This document shows, piece after piece, positions 62,433 through 64,000 of a stretch of 64,000 nucleotides of DNA (its first letter is position 1; each line of letters starts with the position of its first letter). The notes below the pieces were generated by a model. The model searched no databases, had not been told where the DNA came from, and saw nothing but the letters and a program-made list of their open reading frames with translations. Both the position numbers and the translations under genes were made by a program. Source of the stretch: Chlorokybus atmophyticus (lineage: Eukaryota > Plantae > Mesostigma and Chlorokybus algae). The DNA lies in assembly GCA_009103225.1 (NCBI GenBank), contig RHPI01001202.1, positions 119,206 through 183,205 of the forward strand, read 5' to 3'.

Positions 62433-64000
62433 ATGCCTGTGTCGCTGCTAGCTGTCATCACCTCAGGAAGAGGGTCCTCTGCGGGCTTGTGCTCTTCGTG
62501 GTTGGTGTCGGCGTCACGGGCGGCCGTGGTAGTGGGCGCGGAGCAAGGGGGGGGAGGCAGCTGTTGCCTGGCAAGGAGTGCCACCAGCAGCAGCAGCAGT
62601 AGCAGCAGCAGCCGACCACGACGCCTCGTGCCTGGCCGCAGCAGGTTGCTTCGCATGGAGGTGCCGCCAGCTGTCGCTGCTGCTGCTGCTGCTGAGGGCG
62701 TCAGCACTAGCACAGCAGACCAAGCCGGCGGAGCCCTACCGCTCTTCTCATTTGGCCTCTTGTCGGACATACAGTATGCTGACAAGGACAACGGATGTGA
62801 GTGTTGGGAAAGCCCGTGGTGTGGGCACCTAACAAAGTGTTGGGCCTGATAGAGTGCTTTGTTCTCCTACTTGCTAGTTGTCTACACACAGTGTGCGGCA
62901 ACTGCTTTGCCTGGTTGAATAGTACAGCTCGTGTTCGAACGCTGCCCCCAACACAGTCTCAGTACACACTGTTTTACTGTTTGGTGGAACAGTGCTCTTG
63001 CTCTTCATGCTGCGGATCTGTGTTAGCTGTTGCTACGAACCATGCAATGAACAGTTGTGCTGTGTATGTGTCCTTCAGCTTATGATGGCCGCATCCCGCG
63101 ATACCGCGAGGCGACGGGAAAACTCAGGGAGGCTGTTGGTTTCTTCAACGAACGAGCACAGCAGCTGCGGTATGAGTGAGACCTCTGGGGTTGTCTTTGT
63201 TGGCGTTGCTGCTTGCAGAGTTGAAGCCAAGCAAGTACTGCTCACACCGCTGTTCGCAACATTGCTAATATCTTTCTCATTCCGCAGGTTTGTGCTGCAT
63301 CTTGGAGACATTGTAGATGGCAATGACACAGAAGAAAAGACTGTTTCCGATTTTGAAGAAGTTCAACGCGAGCTTACCGAGGTAGTGCTTGCGCATAGCA
63401 GGTATAGATACATGCATGCCTAAAAGTGCAACTTTTTCTGCAGTACGAGCAGAACCATTGCTCGTGTGCCTGATATCCTTCATCGTAAGTTCTGTTTGTA
63501 CTTGACAGTTGCAACTGCCCATGCGACACGTGCTCGGCAATCACTGTCTGGCATTGGGACGGGAACGATTGCTTAAGAGCCTTGATCTGGACAAGTCTTA
63601 TTATCAAGAGCCTCTGCCAAGCAGCTGGCGACTGGTAATGTCTCTTGTGTAGGTTATTCTGCTAGCGTATGTTACATTGTTATGCCAGATCGAGTTGATC
63701 CCATGCAACTCCCACATGCACAGTGCTTGGAAGTATAGTTGCACCCCAGCTGACTTTTCATTGCGCTTACTGGGCGTTCCAGGTTGTGCTTGACTCCATG
63801 GACCTCAGCGTGAGGTGGCCTGAGGGGTCTGAGAAGCTGAAGGCAAGTAAACACACCCGCAGTGCACTCTTTGCACATCACCACTGCACAATTACGTTGG
63901 AATGGTGTGTGCTAACAGCACGGTCACCGCAGCAAGGCGAGGAGTACCGAGCACAAAAGCCACTTGGTCCGGACAACCCCAACTTGCACACGTGGAATGG
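62433..64000 (+). CDS. ADPRM: Mn-dependent ADP-ribose/CDP-alcohol diphosphatase (metallophosphoesterase), 3'-partial; start 62433 (with transit peptide) or 62655
   Basis: Motifs PLFSFGLLSDIQYAD, RYREA..LREAV, FVLHLGDIVDG, HVLGNHCL, WRL|VVLDSMDLS and WNG. Confidence 0.9.

Overview
Eukaryotic, intron-rich nuclear DNA with spliceosomal GT-AG introns of about 70-900 bp and two N gaps. The plant-type PurK-PurE with a transit peptide, CLF/SWN-like E(z), plant-type LpxB and uS17m point to a green alga, possibly an early streptophyte; this is inferred, not proven. I could reconstruct about 15 protein-coding genes from conserved motifs and splice phases. In order they are cystathionine beta-lyase (3' part), PurK-PurE, LpxB, E(z), MMAA/MeaB, a ribosomal-L1-domain protein, uS17m, ARV1, a LasC-like FAD monooxygenase, a KMO-like FAD monooxygenase, SAPS/PPP6R, TFIP11, TMX2-like, a SWIM-finger protein and ADPRM (5' part). 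Also present are a decayed inverted paralogue of the LasC-like gene, a 5'-truncated RLE-type (CRE-like) non-LTR retroelement, an orphan frameshifted ORF and several structural oddities. The oddities include an interleaved A-B-A'-B' inverted duplication, an LpxB/E(z) head-to-head pair with almost no spacer, several GC-AG introns and hairpin or MITE-like elements. I found no rRNA, tRNA or CRISPR array. I did not find a clear-cut new multi-gene system. The best leads are the ABA'B' unit, the orphan frameshifted ORF and the flavin-monooxygenase island. Exon boundaries were read by eye, and some start codons are uncertain.
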